A model generated the notes under the pieces. It saw only the letters and a list, made by a program, of their open reading frames with translations, was not told the origin of the DNA and did no database searches. A DNA stretch of 64,000 nucleotides from Eledone cirrhosa (lineage: Eukaryota), in NCBI GenBank assembly GCA_964016885.1, contig OZ024741.1, positions 263,500,001 to 263,564,000 of the forward strand, read 5' to 3'. Numbering within the stretch: position 1 is the stretch's first letter; each line of letters begins with the position of its first letter. Below, piece by piece: positions 1 through 15,261 of the stretch. The position numbers were made by a program, and so were the translations under genes.

Positions 1-3000
1 CTATAGTGTCCGAACTCTGATCTCTCAATTCGTAGAAGTAGCAGCTCTACCTGGAGCGAGTCCACTGATTCTTTCCTGAGACATTCTAACCACATGTCTG
101 TAATATCGGTTGTTGTGGTCTCTAAATTCGGAGAAGTAGCAGCTATACCTGGAGTGACTTCACTGATTCTTTCCTGTGACATTCGAACCACATGTTTGTA
201 ATATCGGAGCTGTGATCTCTCAATTTGGAGAAGTCGCAGCTATACTTGGGGTGATTCCACTGATTCTTTCCTGAGACATTCTAACCACATGTCTGTAATA
301 TCGGAGTTGTGGTCTCTCATTTCATAGAAGAAGCAGCTATACCTGGAGTAAATCTACTGATTCTTTCCTAAGACATTTTAACCACATGTCTGTAATATCA
401 GAGCTGTGGTCTCCCAATTCGGAGAAGGAGCAGCCATAGCTGGAGCGACTCCACTGATTCTTTCCTGAGACATACTAACAACATGTCTGTAATATCGGAG
501 CCGTGGTCTCTGAATTCGGAGAAGAAGCAGCTATACCTGGAGTAAATCCACTGATTCTTTCCTGAGACATTGTAACCATATGTCTGTAATATCGGAGCTG
601 TGATCTCTCATTTCAGAGAAGTAGCAGCTATACCTGGGGTGAGTCTACTGATTCTTTCCTGACACATTCTAACCACATGTCTGTAACATTCGAAGCTGTG
701 GACTCTCAATTCGGAGAAGTAGCAGCTCTACCTGGAGCGAGTCCACTGATTCTTTCCCGAGACATTTTAACCACATGTCTGTAATATCGGAGCTGTGATC
801 TCTCAATTCGGAGAAGTAGCAGCTATACCTGGAGTGACTCCAGTATTTCTTTCCTGAGACATTCTAACCACATGTTTGTAAAATCGGAGCTGTGGTCTCT
901 CAATTCGGAGAAGTAGCAGCTATACCTGGAGTGACTCCACTGATTCTTTCCTGAGACATTCTAACCACATGTCTGTAATATCGGAGCTGTGGTCTCTCAA
1001 TTTAGAGAAGTAATAGTTATACCTGGAGTGACTCCACTGATTCTTTCCTGAGACATTCTAGCCACATGTTTGTAATATCAGAGCTTTGATCACTCAATTC
1101 GGAGTAGTAGCAATTAAACCTGGATCGACTCCAGTGATTCTTTCCTGAGACATTCTAACCACATGCCGATAGTGTCCGAGCTGTAATCTCTCAATTCAGG
1201 GCAGTAGCAGCTATACCTTGTGTCGCTCCACTGATTCTTTTCTGAGACATTTTAACTGCATGACTGTAATATCGGTGCTGTGATCTCTCAATTCGGAGAA
1301 GTAGCAGCTATACCTGGAGAGACTCCACTGATTCTTTCCTGAGACATTCTAACGACATGTCTGTAATATCGGAGCTGTAGTCTCTCAATTCGGAGAAGGA
1401 GAAGCTATACCTGGAGTGACTCCACTGATTCTTTCTTCAGACATTCTAACGACATGTCTGTAATATCGGAGCTGTGATCACTCAATTCGGAGAAGTAGCA
1501 GCTATACCTGGAGTCAGTCCACTGATTCTTTCGTGAGACATTCTAACCAAATGTTTGTAATATCAGAGTTGTGGTCTCTCAATTCAGAGAAGAAGCAGCT
1601 ATACCTGGAGTGACTCCACTGATTCTTTCCTGAGAAATTCTAACCCCATGTCTGTAATATCGGACCTGTGGTCTGTCAATTCGGAGAAGCAGCAGCTATA
1701 ACTGGAGTGACTCCAGTATTTCTTTGCTGAGAGATTCTATCCATCTGTTTGTAATATGGGAGAGGTGGTCTCTCAATTCGGAGAAGAAGCATCTATACCT
1801 GGAGTGACTCCACTGATTCTTTCCTGAGACATTCTAACCTCATGTCTGTAATATCGGACCTGTGGTCTCTCAATTCGGAGAAGTAGCAGCTATACCTGGA
1901 GTGACTCCAGTATTTCTTTGCTGAGAGATTCTATCCAACTGTTTGTAATTTTGGAGCTGTGATCTCTCAATTCGGAGAAGTAGCAACTATACCTGAGTGA
2001 CTCCAGTATTTCTATCCTGAGACATTCTAACCACATGCCCATAGTGTCCGAGCTGTGATCTCTCATTTCAAGCAGCTATACGTGGAGTGACTCCACTGAT
2101 TATTTCCTGAGACATTTTAACTGCATGTCCATAGTGTCCGAGCTGTGATCTCTCAATTCAGAGAAGTAGCAGCTATACATGGAGTGAGTCCACTGATTCT
2201 TTCCTGTCACATTCTAACCACATGTCTGTAATATCGGATTTGTGGTCTCTCATTTCAGAGAAGTAACAGCTATACCTGTAGTGACTCCACTGATTCTTTC
2301 CTGAAAAATTCTAACCACATGCCCATGGTGTCCGAACTGTGATCTCTCAATTTAGGGCAGTAGCAGCTATACCTGGAGTGACTCCACTAATTCTTTCTTG
2401 AGACATTTTAACTGCATGTCTGTAATATCAGAACTGTGATCTCTCAATTCAGAGAAGTAGCAACTATACCTGGAGTGCCTCCACCGATTCTTCCCTGAGA
2501 CATTCTAACCACATGTTTGTAATATCGGAGCTGTGATCTCTCAATTCGGAGAAGTAGCAGCTATACCTGGAGTGACTCCACTGATTCTTTCCTGAGACAT
2601 TCTAACCACATGTCTGTAATATCGGAGCTGTGATCTCTCAATTCGCAGAAGTAGCAGCTATACCTGGAGTGACTCCACTGATTCTTTCCCGAGACATTTT
2701 AACCACATGTCTGTAATATCGGAGCTGTGATCTCTCAATTCGGAGAAGTAGCAGCTATACCTGGAGTGACTCCAGTATTTCTTTCCTGAGACATTCTAAC
2801 CACATGTTTGTAAAATCGGAGCTGTGATCTCTCAATTCGGAGAAGTAGCAGCTATACCTGGAGTGACTCCACTGATTCTTTCCTGAGACATTCTAGCCAC
2901 ATGTTTGTAATATCAGAGCTTTGATCACTCAATTCGGAGTAGTAGCAATTAAACCTGGATCGACTCCATTGATTCTTTCCTGAGACATTCTAACAACATG

Positions 3001-6000
3001 TCCATCGTGTCTGAGCTGTGATGGCTCAATTTGTAGAAGTAGCAGCAATACTTGGGGTGACTCCACTGATTCTTTCCTGAGACATTCTAACTACATGCCG
3101 ATAGTGTCCGAGCTGTAATCTCTCAATTCAGGGCAGTAGCAGCTATACCTTGTGTCGCTCCACTGATTCTTTTCTGAGACATTTTAAATGCATGACTGTA
3201 ATATCGGTGCTGTGATCTCTCAATTTGGAGAAGTAGCAGCTATACCTGGAGAGACTCCACTGATTCTTTCCTGAGACATTCTAACGACATGTCTGTAATA
3301 TCGGAGCTGTAGTCTCTCAATTCGGAGAAGGAGAAGCTATACCTGGAGTGACTCCACTGATTCTTTCTTCAGACATTCTAACGACATGTCTGTAATATCG
3401 GAGCTGTGATCACTCAATTCAGAGAAGTAGCAGCTATACCTGGAGTCAGTCCACTGATTCTTTCGTGAGACATTCTAACCAGATGTTTGTAATATCAAAG
3501 TTGTTGTCTCTCAATTCAGAGAAGAAGCATCTATACCTGGAGTGACTCCACTGATTCTTTCGTGAGACATTCTAACCACATGTCTATAATATCAGAGTTG
3601 TGGTCTCTCAATTCAGAGAAGAAGCAGCTATACCTGGAGTGACTCCACTGATTCTTTCCTGAGACATTCTTTCCACATGCCCATGGTGTCCGAACTGTGA
3701 TCTCTCAATTCGGAGAAGTGGCAGCTATACTCTGAGTGAGACCACTGATTCTTTCCTGAGACATTCTAACCACATGTTTGTAATATCGGAGCTGTGATCT
3801 CTCAATTCGGAGAACTAGCAGCTATACCTGGAGTGACTCCACTGATTCTTTCCTGAGACATTTTAACCACATGTCTGTAATATCAGAGTTGTGGTCTCTC
3901 AATTCAGAGAAGAAGCAGCTATACCTGGAGTGACTTCACTGATTCTTTCCTGTGACATTCTAACCACATGTTTGTAATATCGGAGCTGTGATCTCTCAAT
4001 TCGGAGAAGTAGCATCTATACCTGGAGTGATTCCACTGATTCTTTCCTGAGACATTCTAACCACATGTCTGTAATATCGGAGTTGTGGTCTCTCATTTAA
4101 GAGAAGAAGCAGCTATAACTAGTGTGACTCCACTGATTCTTTCCTGAGAAATTCTAACCACATGTTTGTAATATGGGAGAGGGGGCTCTCTCAATTCGGA
4201 GAAGTAGCAGCTATACCTGGAGTAGTTCCACTGATTCTTTCCTGAGACATTTTAACCACATGTCTGTAATATCGGAGCTGTGGTCTCTCAATTCGGAGAA
4301 GTAGCAGCTATATCTAGAGTAACTCCACTGATTCTTTCCTGAGAGATTTTAACCACATGTCTGTAATATCGGAGCTATGGTCTCTCAATTCGGAGAAGTA
4401 GCAGCTATACCTGGAGTGACTCCACTGATTCTTTCCTGAGACATTCTAACCACATGCCTATAGTGTCCGAACTCTGATCTCTCAATTCGGAGAAGTAGCA
4501 GCTATACCTGGAATAACTCCACTTATTCTTCCCTGAGACATTCTAACCACATGTTCAGTGTCCGATCTGTGATCTCTCAAATCGGAGAAGTAGCAGCTAT
4601 ACCTGGAGTGAGTCCATTGATTAATTCCTGAGACAATTTAACCACATGTCACTAATATCGGAGCTGTGGTCTCTCAATTCGGAGAAGTAGCAGCTATACC
4701 TGGAGTGACTCCACTGATTCTTTCCTGAGACATTCTAACCACATGTCTGTAATATCGGACCTGTGGTCTCTCAATTCGGAGAAGTAGCAGCTATACCTGG
4801 GGCGACTCCAGTGATTCTTTCCTGAGACATTCTAACCACATGCCTATGGTGTCCGAACTGTGATCTCTCAATTTGGAGAAGTAGCAGCTATACCTGGAGT
4901 GACTCCAGTGATTCTTTCCTGAGACATTCTAACCACATGCCCATGGTGTCCCAACTGTGATATCTCAATTTGGAGAAGTAGCAGCTACACCCGAAGCAAC
5001 TCCAGTGATTCTTTCCTGAGACTTTCTAACCACATGCCTATAGTGTCCGAACTCTGATCTCTCAATTCGTAGAAGTAGCAGCTCTACCTGGAGCGAGTCC
5101 ACTGATTCTTTCCTGAGACATTCTAACCACATGTCTGTAATATCGGTTGTTGTGGTCTCTAAATTCGGAGAAGTAGCAGCTATACCTGGAGTGACTTCAC
5201 TGATTCTTTCCTGTGACATTCGAATCACATGTTTGTAATATCGGAGCTGTGATCTCTCAATTTGGAGAAGTCGCAGCTATACTTGGAGTGATTCCACTGA
5301 TTCTTTCCTGAGACATTCTAACCACATGTCTGTAATATCGGAGCTGTGGTCTCTCATTTCATAGAAGAAGCAGCTATACCTGGAGTAAATCCACTGATTC
5401 TTTCCTAAGACATTTTAACCACATGTCTGTAATATCAGAGCTGTGGTCTCCCAATTCGGAGAAGGAGCAGATATACCTGGAGTAAATCCACTGATTCTTT
5501 CCTGAGACATTCCAACCACGTGTTTGTAATATCGGAGGTGTGATCTCTCATTTCAGAGAAGTAGCAGCTATACCTGGGGTGAGTCCACTGATTCTTTCCT
5601 GAGACATTCGAACCACGTGTTTGTAATATCAGAGCTGTGGTCTCTCATTTCAGAGAAGTAGCAGCTATACCTGGGGTCAGTCCACTGATTCTTTCCTGAC
5701 ACATTCTAACCACATGACTATAATATCGGAGCTGTGGTCTCTCAATTCGGAGAAGTATCAGCTATACCTGGAGTAACTGCACTGATTCTTTCCTGAGACA
5801 TTTTAACCATATGTCTGTAATATCGGAGCTATGGACGCTCAATTCGGAGAAGTAGAAGCTCTACCTGGAGTGACTCCAGTGATTCTTTCCTGAGACATTT
5901 TTAGCACCTGTCTGTAATATCGGAGCTATGATCTCTCAATTCGCAGAAGTAGCAGCTATACCTGTAGTGACTCAACCAATTCTTTCCTGAGACATTCTAA

Positions 6001-7700
6001 CCACATGCCCACAGTGTCCGAGCTGTGATCTCTCACTTCGGGAAAGTAGCAGCTATACCTGGAGTGACTCCACTGATTCTTTCCTGAGACATTCTAACCG
6101 CATGTTTGTAATATCGGAGCTGTGATCTCTCAATTCAGAGAAGTACCAGCTATACCTTGTGTGACTGCACTGATTCTTTCCTGAGAAATTCTAACCACAT
6201 GCCCATAGTGTCCGAACTGTTACCTCTCAATTCGGAGAAGTAGCAGCTATACCTTGAGTGACTCCACTGATTCTCTCCTGAGACATTTTAACCACATGTC
6301 TGTAATATCGGAGCTGTGGTCTCTCAATTCGGAGAAGTAGCAGCTATACCTGGAGTGACTCCAGTGATTCTTTCCTGAGACATTTTAACCACATGTCTGA
6401 CATATCGGAGCTTTAATCTCTCAATTCGGAGAAGTAGCATCTATACCTTGAGTGACTCCACTCATTTTTTCCTGAGAAATTCTAACCACATGTCTGTATT
6501 ATCGGAGCTGTGATCTCTCAATTCGGTGAAGTAGCAACTATACCTGGTGTAACTCCACTGATTCTTTCCTGAGACATTTTAACCGCATGCCCATAGTGTC
6601 TGAGCTGTGATCTTTCAATTCGGAGAAGTAGCAACTATACCTGGAGTAAGTCCAGTATTTCTTTCCTGAGACATTCTAACCACATGTTTGTAATATCGGA
6701 GCTGTGATCTCTAAATTCGAAGAAGTAGCAGCTATACCTGGAGTGACTCCACTGATTCTTTCCTGAGACATTCTATCCACACATCTGTAATATCGGAGCT
6801 GTGGTTCCTCAATTCGAGGAAGTAGCACCTATACCTGGAGTGACTCCACCGATTCTTTCCTGAGACATTCTAACCACATGCCCACAGTGTGATCTCTCAA
6901 TTCGGGAAAGCAACAGCTATACCTGGAGTGACTCCAGTGATTCTTTCCTGAGACATTTTAACCACATGTCTGTAATATCGGAGCTATGATATCTCAATTC
7001 GGAGAAGTAGCAGCTATACCTGGAGTGACTCCAGTGATTCTTTCCTGAGACATTCTAAACACATATTTGTAACATCAGAGCTGTGATCTCTCAATTCGGA
7101 GAAGTAGCAGCTATACCTAGGGTGACTCCACTGATTCCTTCCTGAGACATTCTAACCACATGTCTGTAATATCGGAGCTGTGGTCGCACAATTCGAAGAA
7201 GTAGCAGCTATACCTGTAGTGACTCCACCGATTCTTTCCTGAGCAATTCTAACCACATGCCCATAGTGTCCGAACTGTGATCTCTCAATTCGGAGAAGAA
7301 GTAGCAGCTATACCTTGAGTGACTCCACTGATTCTCTCCTGAGACATTTTAACCACATATCTGTAATATCGGAGCTGTGGTCTCTCCATTTGGAGCAGTA
7401 GCAGCTATACCTGGAGTGACTCCACTGATTCTTTCCTGTGACATTCTAACCACATGTCCGTAATATCAGAGCTGTTATATCTTAATTCGGAGAAGTAGCA
7501 GCTATACCTGGAGTGACTCCCCTGATTCTATCATGAGACATTTTAACCACATGTCCGTAATATCAGAGCTGTGATATCTTAATTCGGAGAAGTAGCAGCT
7601 CTACCTGGAGTGACTCCAGTGATTCTTTCCTGAGACATTCTAACCACCTGCCCATAGTGTCCGAGCTGTGATCTCTCAGTTCGGAGAAATAGCGGTTCTA
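1..7700. repeat. Tandem satellite, 97-bp monomer, about 79 copies, runs off the left edge
   Basis: Monomer ctgtgatctctcaattcggagaagtagcagctatacctggagtgactccactgattctttcctgagacattctaaccacatgtctgtaatatcggag recurs at 97-bp spacing (e.g. 2531 and 2628) with scattered substitutions. Confidence 0.97.
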
Positions 7701-8057
7701 CCTAAAATAACTCTTTGACCACCGAGCCACGCCCTCGCTTGAGTAACGTTTTTACAAAGCCCCTTCGAAGGAACCGCATTTCCACCGCTTATATTTGCAA
7801 TCATATTCACTTCAAATTTTTCAAATGCTTTCTACATCACTCGGTTTCTTTTATGAACATCTAGATTTTAGCTGAGATAACGAGGGGTGTGGTGGGGAAC
7901 TAGGAGCTTTATTTCTTCTACAGATCTTCTAAAAATAGCAGCCAAGAAACCTCTTTGTATCAAACACCTGGGTTACATTTGAACAATGTGATCCCCGTTT
8001 ACAGTTGGAACACATTTGATGACAGGACTACTTAAGCAGAGCTGACCTAGGGTTGTA

Positions 8058-10003
<1,946 letters not shown>

Positions 10004-10069
10004 ATAATTTATCATAGATTCTGATTGATCACCAGCTTGCACACAACATCCGGGCAATTTTACCTTAGC

Positions 10070-10530
10070 AAACACACATCCATGTAGGCACAGACACACA
10101 CTTACATAGACACACACAGAGTCTTTCAGACACACCTAGAGGTAAATGCGCAATATACACACATGCATACACACACACACGCGCGCACAGACATACATAT
10201 AAATCCACGCACGCGCACAGCCGCACACGCAGACACTCATACACACATAATCATACACACCCACACACACACATACACACACACTCACTCATACAGACAC
10301 ACAGAGGGACAGGCGATTACACATACATAATACACGTATTCACACACACATAGTATACATATACAGCTCCCACACATGCACACTCTCACATAAGTACATA
10401 CTTACATACATACAGAGACCCACACACTCATACAGATACATAGAGACAGACGCATACATATATATACAGATATACACACATACACACATAGTATAGACAT
10501 ACACGCACACACACATACAGCTATCCACAC
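10070..10530. repeat. Degenerate (CA)n/(CATA)n microsatellite
   Basis: Direct reading. Confidence 0.85.
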
Positions 10531-11172
10531 ATGACGGTTGTGTTTTAATTTATAGAAATGTTTGATACTCCGTCGGTTTCGACGATGACCATTCAGTTAT
10601 TCCATAAACTGACCTGACCTGATTTCTGATCATGTAACATAAATTATCAGGCTAATGTCACACTGTATGTCAAGGCTGTTCCATTGAATTACTGGTACCA
10701 TTCATCCTAGGGAAACAATCCTCCTACAATGACGACCCGAGGCTGGCTCTGGTAACAAAAAGAAAAAAATATTCCCATGGTGTTCCGCGGTAGGGTGGAG
10801 AATCGAACTCGTGGCTTCGTGATTCCGAAACAGAATCACCAAAACACCATAAGTGATAAAGCTATAACATTGAATTCAAGTACAGTCATCTATTATACCA
10901 CTGAGAGTCGCAGGACTTGGATTGACTCGCGTTAAGTTAGTTAAAGTCTTGTCTAAGTCTGGAGGTTATCAGGCTGGAGCTTATCCCCGGTTTCCTTGGA
11001 GATAAGCAGCTGAGAGTACAAGACTCCCCTTGGACAGAACGGTGGTCTATCGCAGGTTTAAGTCAGAGCGCAAACAACCAGAACGAATATCGCAAAGCAT
11101 TCTATCTGTCGCTCTACCTACACTGTCAACCGCCCGTCCCCTGATTTCTTAATAACACTAGTTAAGAAATAC

Positions 11173-12281
11173 AATAAAAATCTTAAAATACTGCACCAGA
11201 TGTAGTCCCATCCACTCGCATGAACTGAGACACTATTGGCCAAGAATTTTCCTGACGAAACACATGAAGATAAAAACAACTGCCGGGCCGAATATTGAAT
11301 AGTTGAGCTGGGGTATTGTAGTGCAATTGCAGCCAGAGCCCGGGACACTTCAGATTGGAGGGAACACACACACAAAATTAGAATACACAAGAAACCCCAC
11401 AATTTTACATATTAAAGTTAGTTTGGTGCGAGTAATTTGGAATTAAAACGTTGTACAAACAGGTATTAAATTAAAAAGTTTGTCTCGAGTCCGGAAACTC
11501 CAGGCCGGTGTTTATCCCGGTTTCCGTGGCGTTAAGCAACTGAGAGTACAAGACTCACTCCCTAGACAGTACACTGATCTACCGCAGGTTTAACTCTCCC
11601 CAGCTATTATTGCTGACTCACTCTTAGCTGAGTGTACTGGAGCAACGTGAGATAAAGTGTTTTGATCAAGAACGCAACGCAGCAGCTTGTCCAGGAATGG
11701 AACCCTAACCATTAGGCCATGCGCCTTCACGAAGCTATGGGTGGGATCGGATTTAATGGTGATGGTGGAGGGGGGAGGGGGCAAAGGGGGTAAATTGCCC
11801 CGGGCCACCTACAGTGATGGGGGGCCTAAGTGGGTAAATTGTCCCGGGCCACCTACAGGGGGGGGGGAAGCAAAGGGGGTAAATTGCCCCGGGCCACATA
11901 CAGTGTAGGTGGAGGCACCAGTGACGGCCGTAGCAATCTATTTGTGCCCTCAGCTGAGATTTTTAGTTTTAGAATAGTTAGAACTTTTTAATTTTTGTAC
12001 AACTTTTCAATTACAAATTACTTACACTAAACTAACTTTAATATGTAAAATTGTGGGGTTTCTTGTGTATTCTAATTTGGTGTGTGTGTGTGCCCCCCAA
12101 TCTGAAGTGTCCCGGGCTCTGGCTGCAATTGCACTACAATACCCCAGCTCAACTATTCAATAATCGGCCCGGCAGTTGTTTTTATCTTCATGTGTTTCGT
12201 CAGGAACATTCTTGGCTAATAGTGTCTCAGTTCATGCGAGTGGATGGGACTACATCTGGTGCAGTATTTTAAGATATTTAT
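11173..12281. repeat. Inverted repeat with ~300-bp arms (11173-11481 / 11982-12281)
   Basis: Arms are near reverse complements; matching opposite-strand ORFs 11183-11371 and 12051-12272. Confidence 0.92.
11490..11730 (-). mobile_element. tRNA-derived SINE with partly deleted head; related 3' fragment at about 10965-11060
   Basis: Minus strand begins gtgaaggcgcatggcctaatggttag (A box); body ttcttgatcaaaacactttatctcacgttgctccagtacactcagct resembles the SINE at 40913. Confidence 0.7.
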
Positions 12282-12408
12282 AGTATTGGATGTAGACATA
12301 TACAGTCATTTTGTATTATATTTTATTTTTAGTGTATATGAGGGGCCCCACAAACCTGAGGGTCTCCACAAATCTGAGCCCCCCCCCCCCGGTCTAAATC
12401 CAGCCCTG
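11742..12408. mobile_element. Non-autonomous hAT-like DNA transposon (MITE)
   Basis: 8-bp TSD gctatggg at 11734-11741 and 12409-12416; imperfect TIRs tgggatcggattta / taaatccagccctg; three subterminal gggtaaattgycccgggccac repeats. Confidence 0.75.
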
Positions 12409-12839
12409 GCTATGGGTAAAAAGATCTGTGCTCAAGATATCTCAAGATACCACGCAGTAAATGAGATTGCAAATCGAAAACTGCTTAACCACACAACTCC
12501 ACTGTCCCACTATCGACAGCAACAGCCTACGTGCGTGTATCTAAGTATAACTGTATACTATATAAAAACCGTGCAGAGGTGAGCTGAGAAACTAAAAGAA
12601 AAAAAAAACGTTATACCATTGCACTGACTAATCTATCGATTTAAAGTCATTGTTGAATCTCTCTAACTCCATTTACGAATGAGTTACATGTTACAAGTGG
12701 TCCTGACATACATACTACACTTCTATAATGACATTGAGTGATTACCTTCGGCTATAGACAAAGACGTGCTTTCTCGAAATAGCAGTACTTATTGTGTTGT
12801 GAAATGTTGCAACATCGCTTATTATTAAGTATTCAACGA

Positions 12840-13680
12840 GGACGGTGGATTGGAAGTAATCGGTAGAGCGTCGGGCAACATGATTTGCTGCATATGGTTA
12901 TGGCCCTTTACGTTCTGAGTTCAAATTAATCCGCTATGGTTAGCTTTGCTTTTCATCCGTACGGGGTTCGATAAAATAAAGTACCAGTAACACACTGGTT
13001 CGAATGAATCGACTTTACCTTCTCCTAAAATTGTTGGCCTTGTGCTTAAATCAGAAACCACTATTAAGGCGGGGGTATTGGCAGAATCGGTAGAGCGTCA
13101 GACAACGTGATTTACTGCATATAATTATGGTCCTTTACGTTTTGAGGTTAGCTTGACATTTCATTCTTATGGTGTTCGAGAAAATAAAGTACGAGTAACG
13201 CACTAGGGTCGATTTAATCTTCTTTACCCTCCCCCAAATTGTTGGCATTGGGCCTAAATCAGGAACCATTATTAAATATTCAACGAGAACGGTAGATTGG
13301 CAGAATCGGTAGTATGTGGTATTTAATTATGACTTTCTATGCTCTGAATACAAATCTCACCGCGGTCAAATTTACTTTTCATCCTTCCTAGATCGACACA
13401 TAATAAAGTACCAGTAAAATACTGGGATTGATTTAATCGACTTTCCACCATCACCAAAACAAAATTGTAGGCCTTGTGCCTAAACCCGAAACCATTGGGT
13501 TGGCAGTATAGGTAGAGAGTCGGACGCCATGCTTTCCAGCATAGTTACGTCCCTTTACGATCTGAGTTCAAATCCCGCCCAGGTTAACTTTGCCATTCAT
13601 CCTTACGGGGTCGATAAAATAAAGTACCAGTAATTTGCAGGGTAATTGCTGGCCTTGTGCCAAATGTAGAAACAATTATT
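12840..13680 (+). mobile_element. Four head-to-tail tRNA-derived SINE copies (about 12840-13063, 13066-13272, 13288-13495, 13497-13680)
   Basis: A box tggcagaatcggtagagcg, B box gagttcaaatc (lost or mutated in some copies), central ctttcatccttacggggtcgataaaataaagtaccagt (Meta-SINE-like from memory), tail ggccttgtgcc..gaaacmatt. Confidence 0.85.
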
Positions 13681-13735
13681 AACTATACAGGCAAATTTAG
13701 TTGAAAAAAGTAGTGTGTAGCGTCGGAAAATCTGT

Positions 13736-13966
13736 AAATCAAGTGGGAGACGGAGTGAAACGATAGAAAAGGAAGCAAAAATATCCGATCTTCAGCCATC
13801 CATTCTAAACTCAGACTACCAAAAGATGTCTCAGTTCTTCAGCCTTAAAATACCGGAAACTGAGACACCCTTTGGTTGTCTGCGTTAAGTACGGATGGCT
13901 GAAGAGCGGATATTGTTTGGGTGTTTCCTTCCTTTCTATTGTTTCACTCCGTCTCTAATTTGATTT
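13736..13966. repeat. Imperfect palindrome, about 230 bp
   Basis: gagacggagtgaaacgatagaaaggaag / cttcctttctattgtttcactccgtctc and tcttcagccatcc / ggatggctgaaga. Confidence 0.85.
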
Positions 13967-14056
13967 ATATAATACACACATATATATATGTATACTACAT
14001 GTGTGTGTATGTACACACACACACACATATATATATATATACACACACATACACAA

Positions 14057-14139
<83 letters not shown>

Positions 14140-14295
14140 GGATACTATTTATGGTTATGTATATACTAAAACTTTTTATAGTTATATATATTTTAAACCC
14201 TAAACAGTGAAGGTCAGTAATTTATTACTACCTTATTACCGGTAAGATAAATAGCTCAATGTAATAACATCAGTTGTTCTACAGAGCAGTTATAT

Positions 14296-14881
14296 AGAAT
14301 TCACAAGAATCAAAGCTATGTTCAAAGCATTTATTCACTTACAATTGTTTCATCCAAACCTAGCCTTGGAGTCTTCGGAGCATTTTTCAATGTTTGTACA
14401 CATAATTGACCTCCTTTCCAACGCAAGAGACATACAGATACATATGTATATATTGATGTACAGTGGAGTGACATATATTATATTATATTATTTCTGTATA
14501 GCAATTCAAATTCAAAATCAAAATCAAAATTAAAACTAAAATTAAAACAAAATTAAAATACATTCGGCAGTTAACATAGATAATGCAAGAGGATAGTTTG
14601 TTAGTCAGATGCATTATCTATGTTAACTGCCGAATGTATTTTAATTTTGTTTTAATTTTAGTTTTAATTTTGATTTTGATTTTGAATTTGAATTGCTATA
14701 CAGAAATAATATAATATAATATATGTCACTCCACTGTACATCAATATTTACATATGTATCTGTATGTCTCTTGCGTTGGAAAGGAGGTCAATTATGTGTA
14801 CAAACATTGAAAAAACTCCAAGCTTAGGTTTGGATGAAACAATTGTAAGTGAATAAATGCTTTGAACATAGCTTTGATTCT

Positions 14882-14891
<10 letters not shown>
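14296..14891. repeat. Near-perfect palindrome, ~290-bp arms, 22-nt loop (Penelope-like inverted pLTR relic)
   Basis: Arms 14296-14587 / 14610-14891; contains hammerhead motif plus AATAAA. Confidence 0.92.
14330..14382 (-). ncRNA. Type I hammerhead ribozyme motif (core variant CCGAAGA)
   Basis: tgct-CCGAAGA-c-tccaag gctagg tttgga-t-GAA-ACAATTGT-A-agtg-AATAAA. Confidence 0.7.
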
Positions 14892-14976
<85 letters not shown>

Positions 14977-15075
14977 TGACTGAATACACACGTGTTTTTC
15001 TTAAAAGATCTTTTTCGTTTCTTCTTTTTCTCACGCATTTCTATTTCATCTTTTATTTAGTTCTCATTCTATATT

Positions 15076-15105
15076 CTGATAACAGAGTAGTATCCGAAAC
15101 GTTCA
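15076..15105 (+). ncRNA. Degenerate minimal hammerhead motif
   Basis: CTGATAA-cagagtagtatcc-GAAACGTTC; downstream tail resembles that of the 16900 motif and ends in (TA)n. Confidence 0.4.
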
Positions 15106-15194
15106 AACTCTTTCCCTATTATATCAAACGTCAAACTAATATATTTCTCCATTGTACTGTGTCGTTTGCTTTGTTACTTCTGTTTAATTTTTGC

Positions 15195-15256
<62 letters not shown>

Positions 15257-15261
<5 letters not shown>

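Noticed and set aside
1-7700. CRISPR array or coding repeat (ORF 4965-5228)
   Set aside because: No unique spacers; the whole 97-bp unit repeats and is not a multiple of 3
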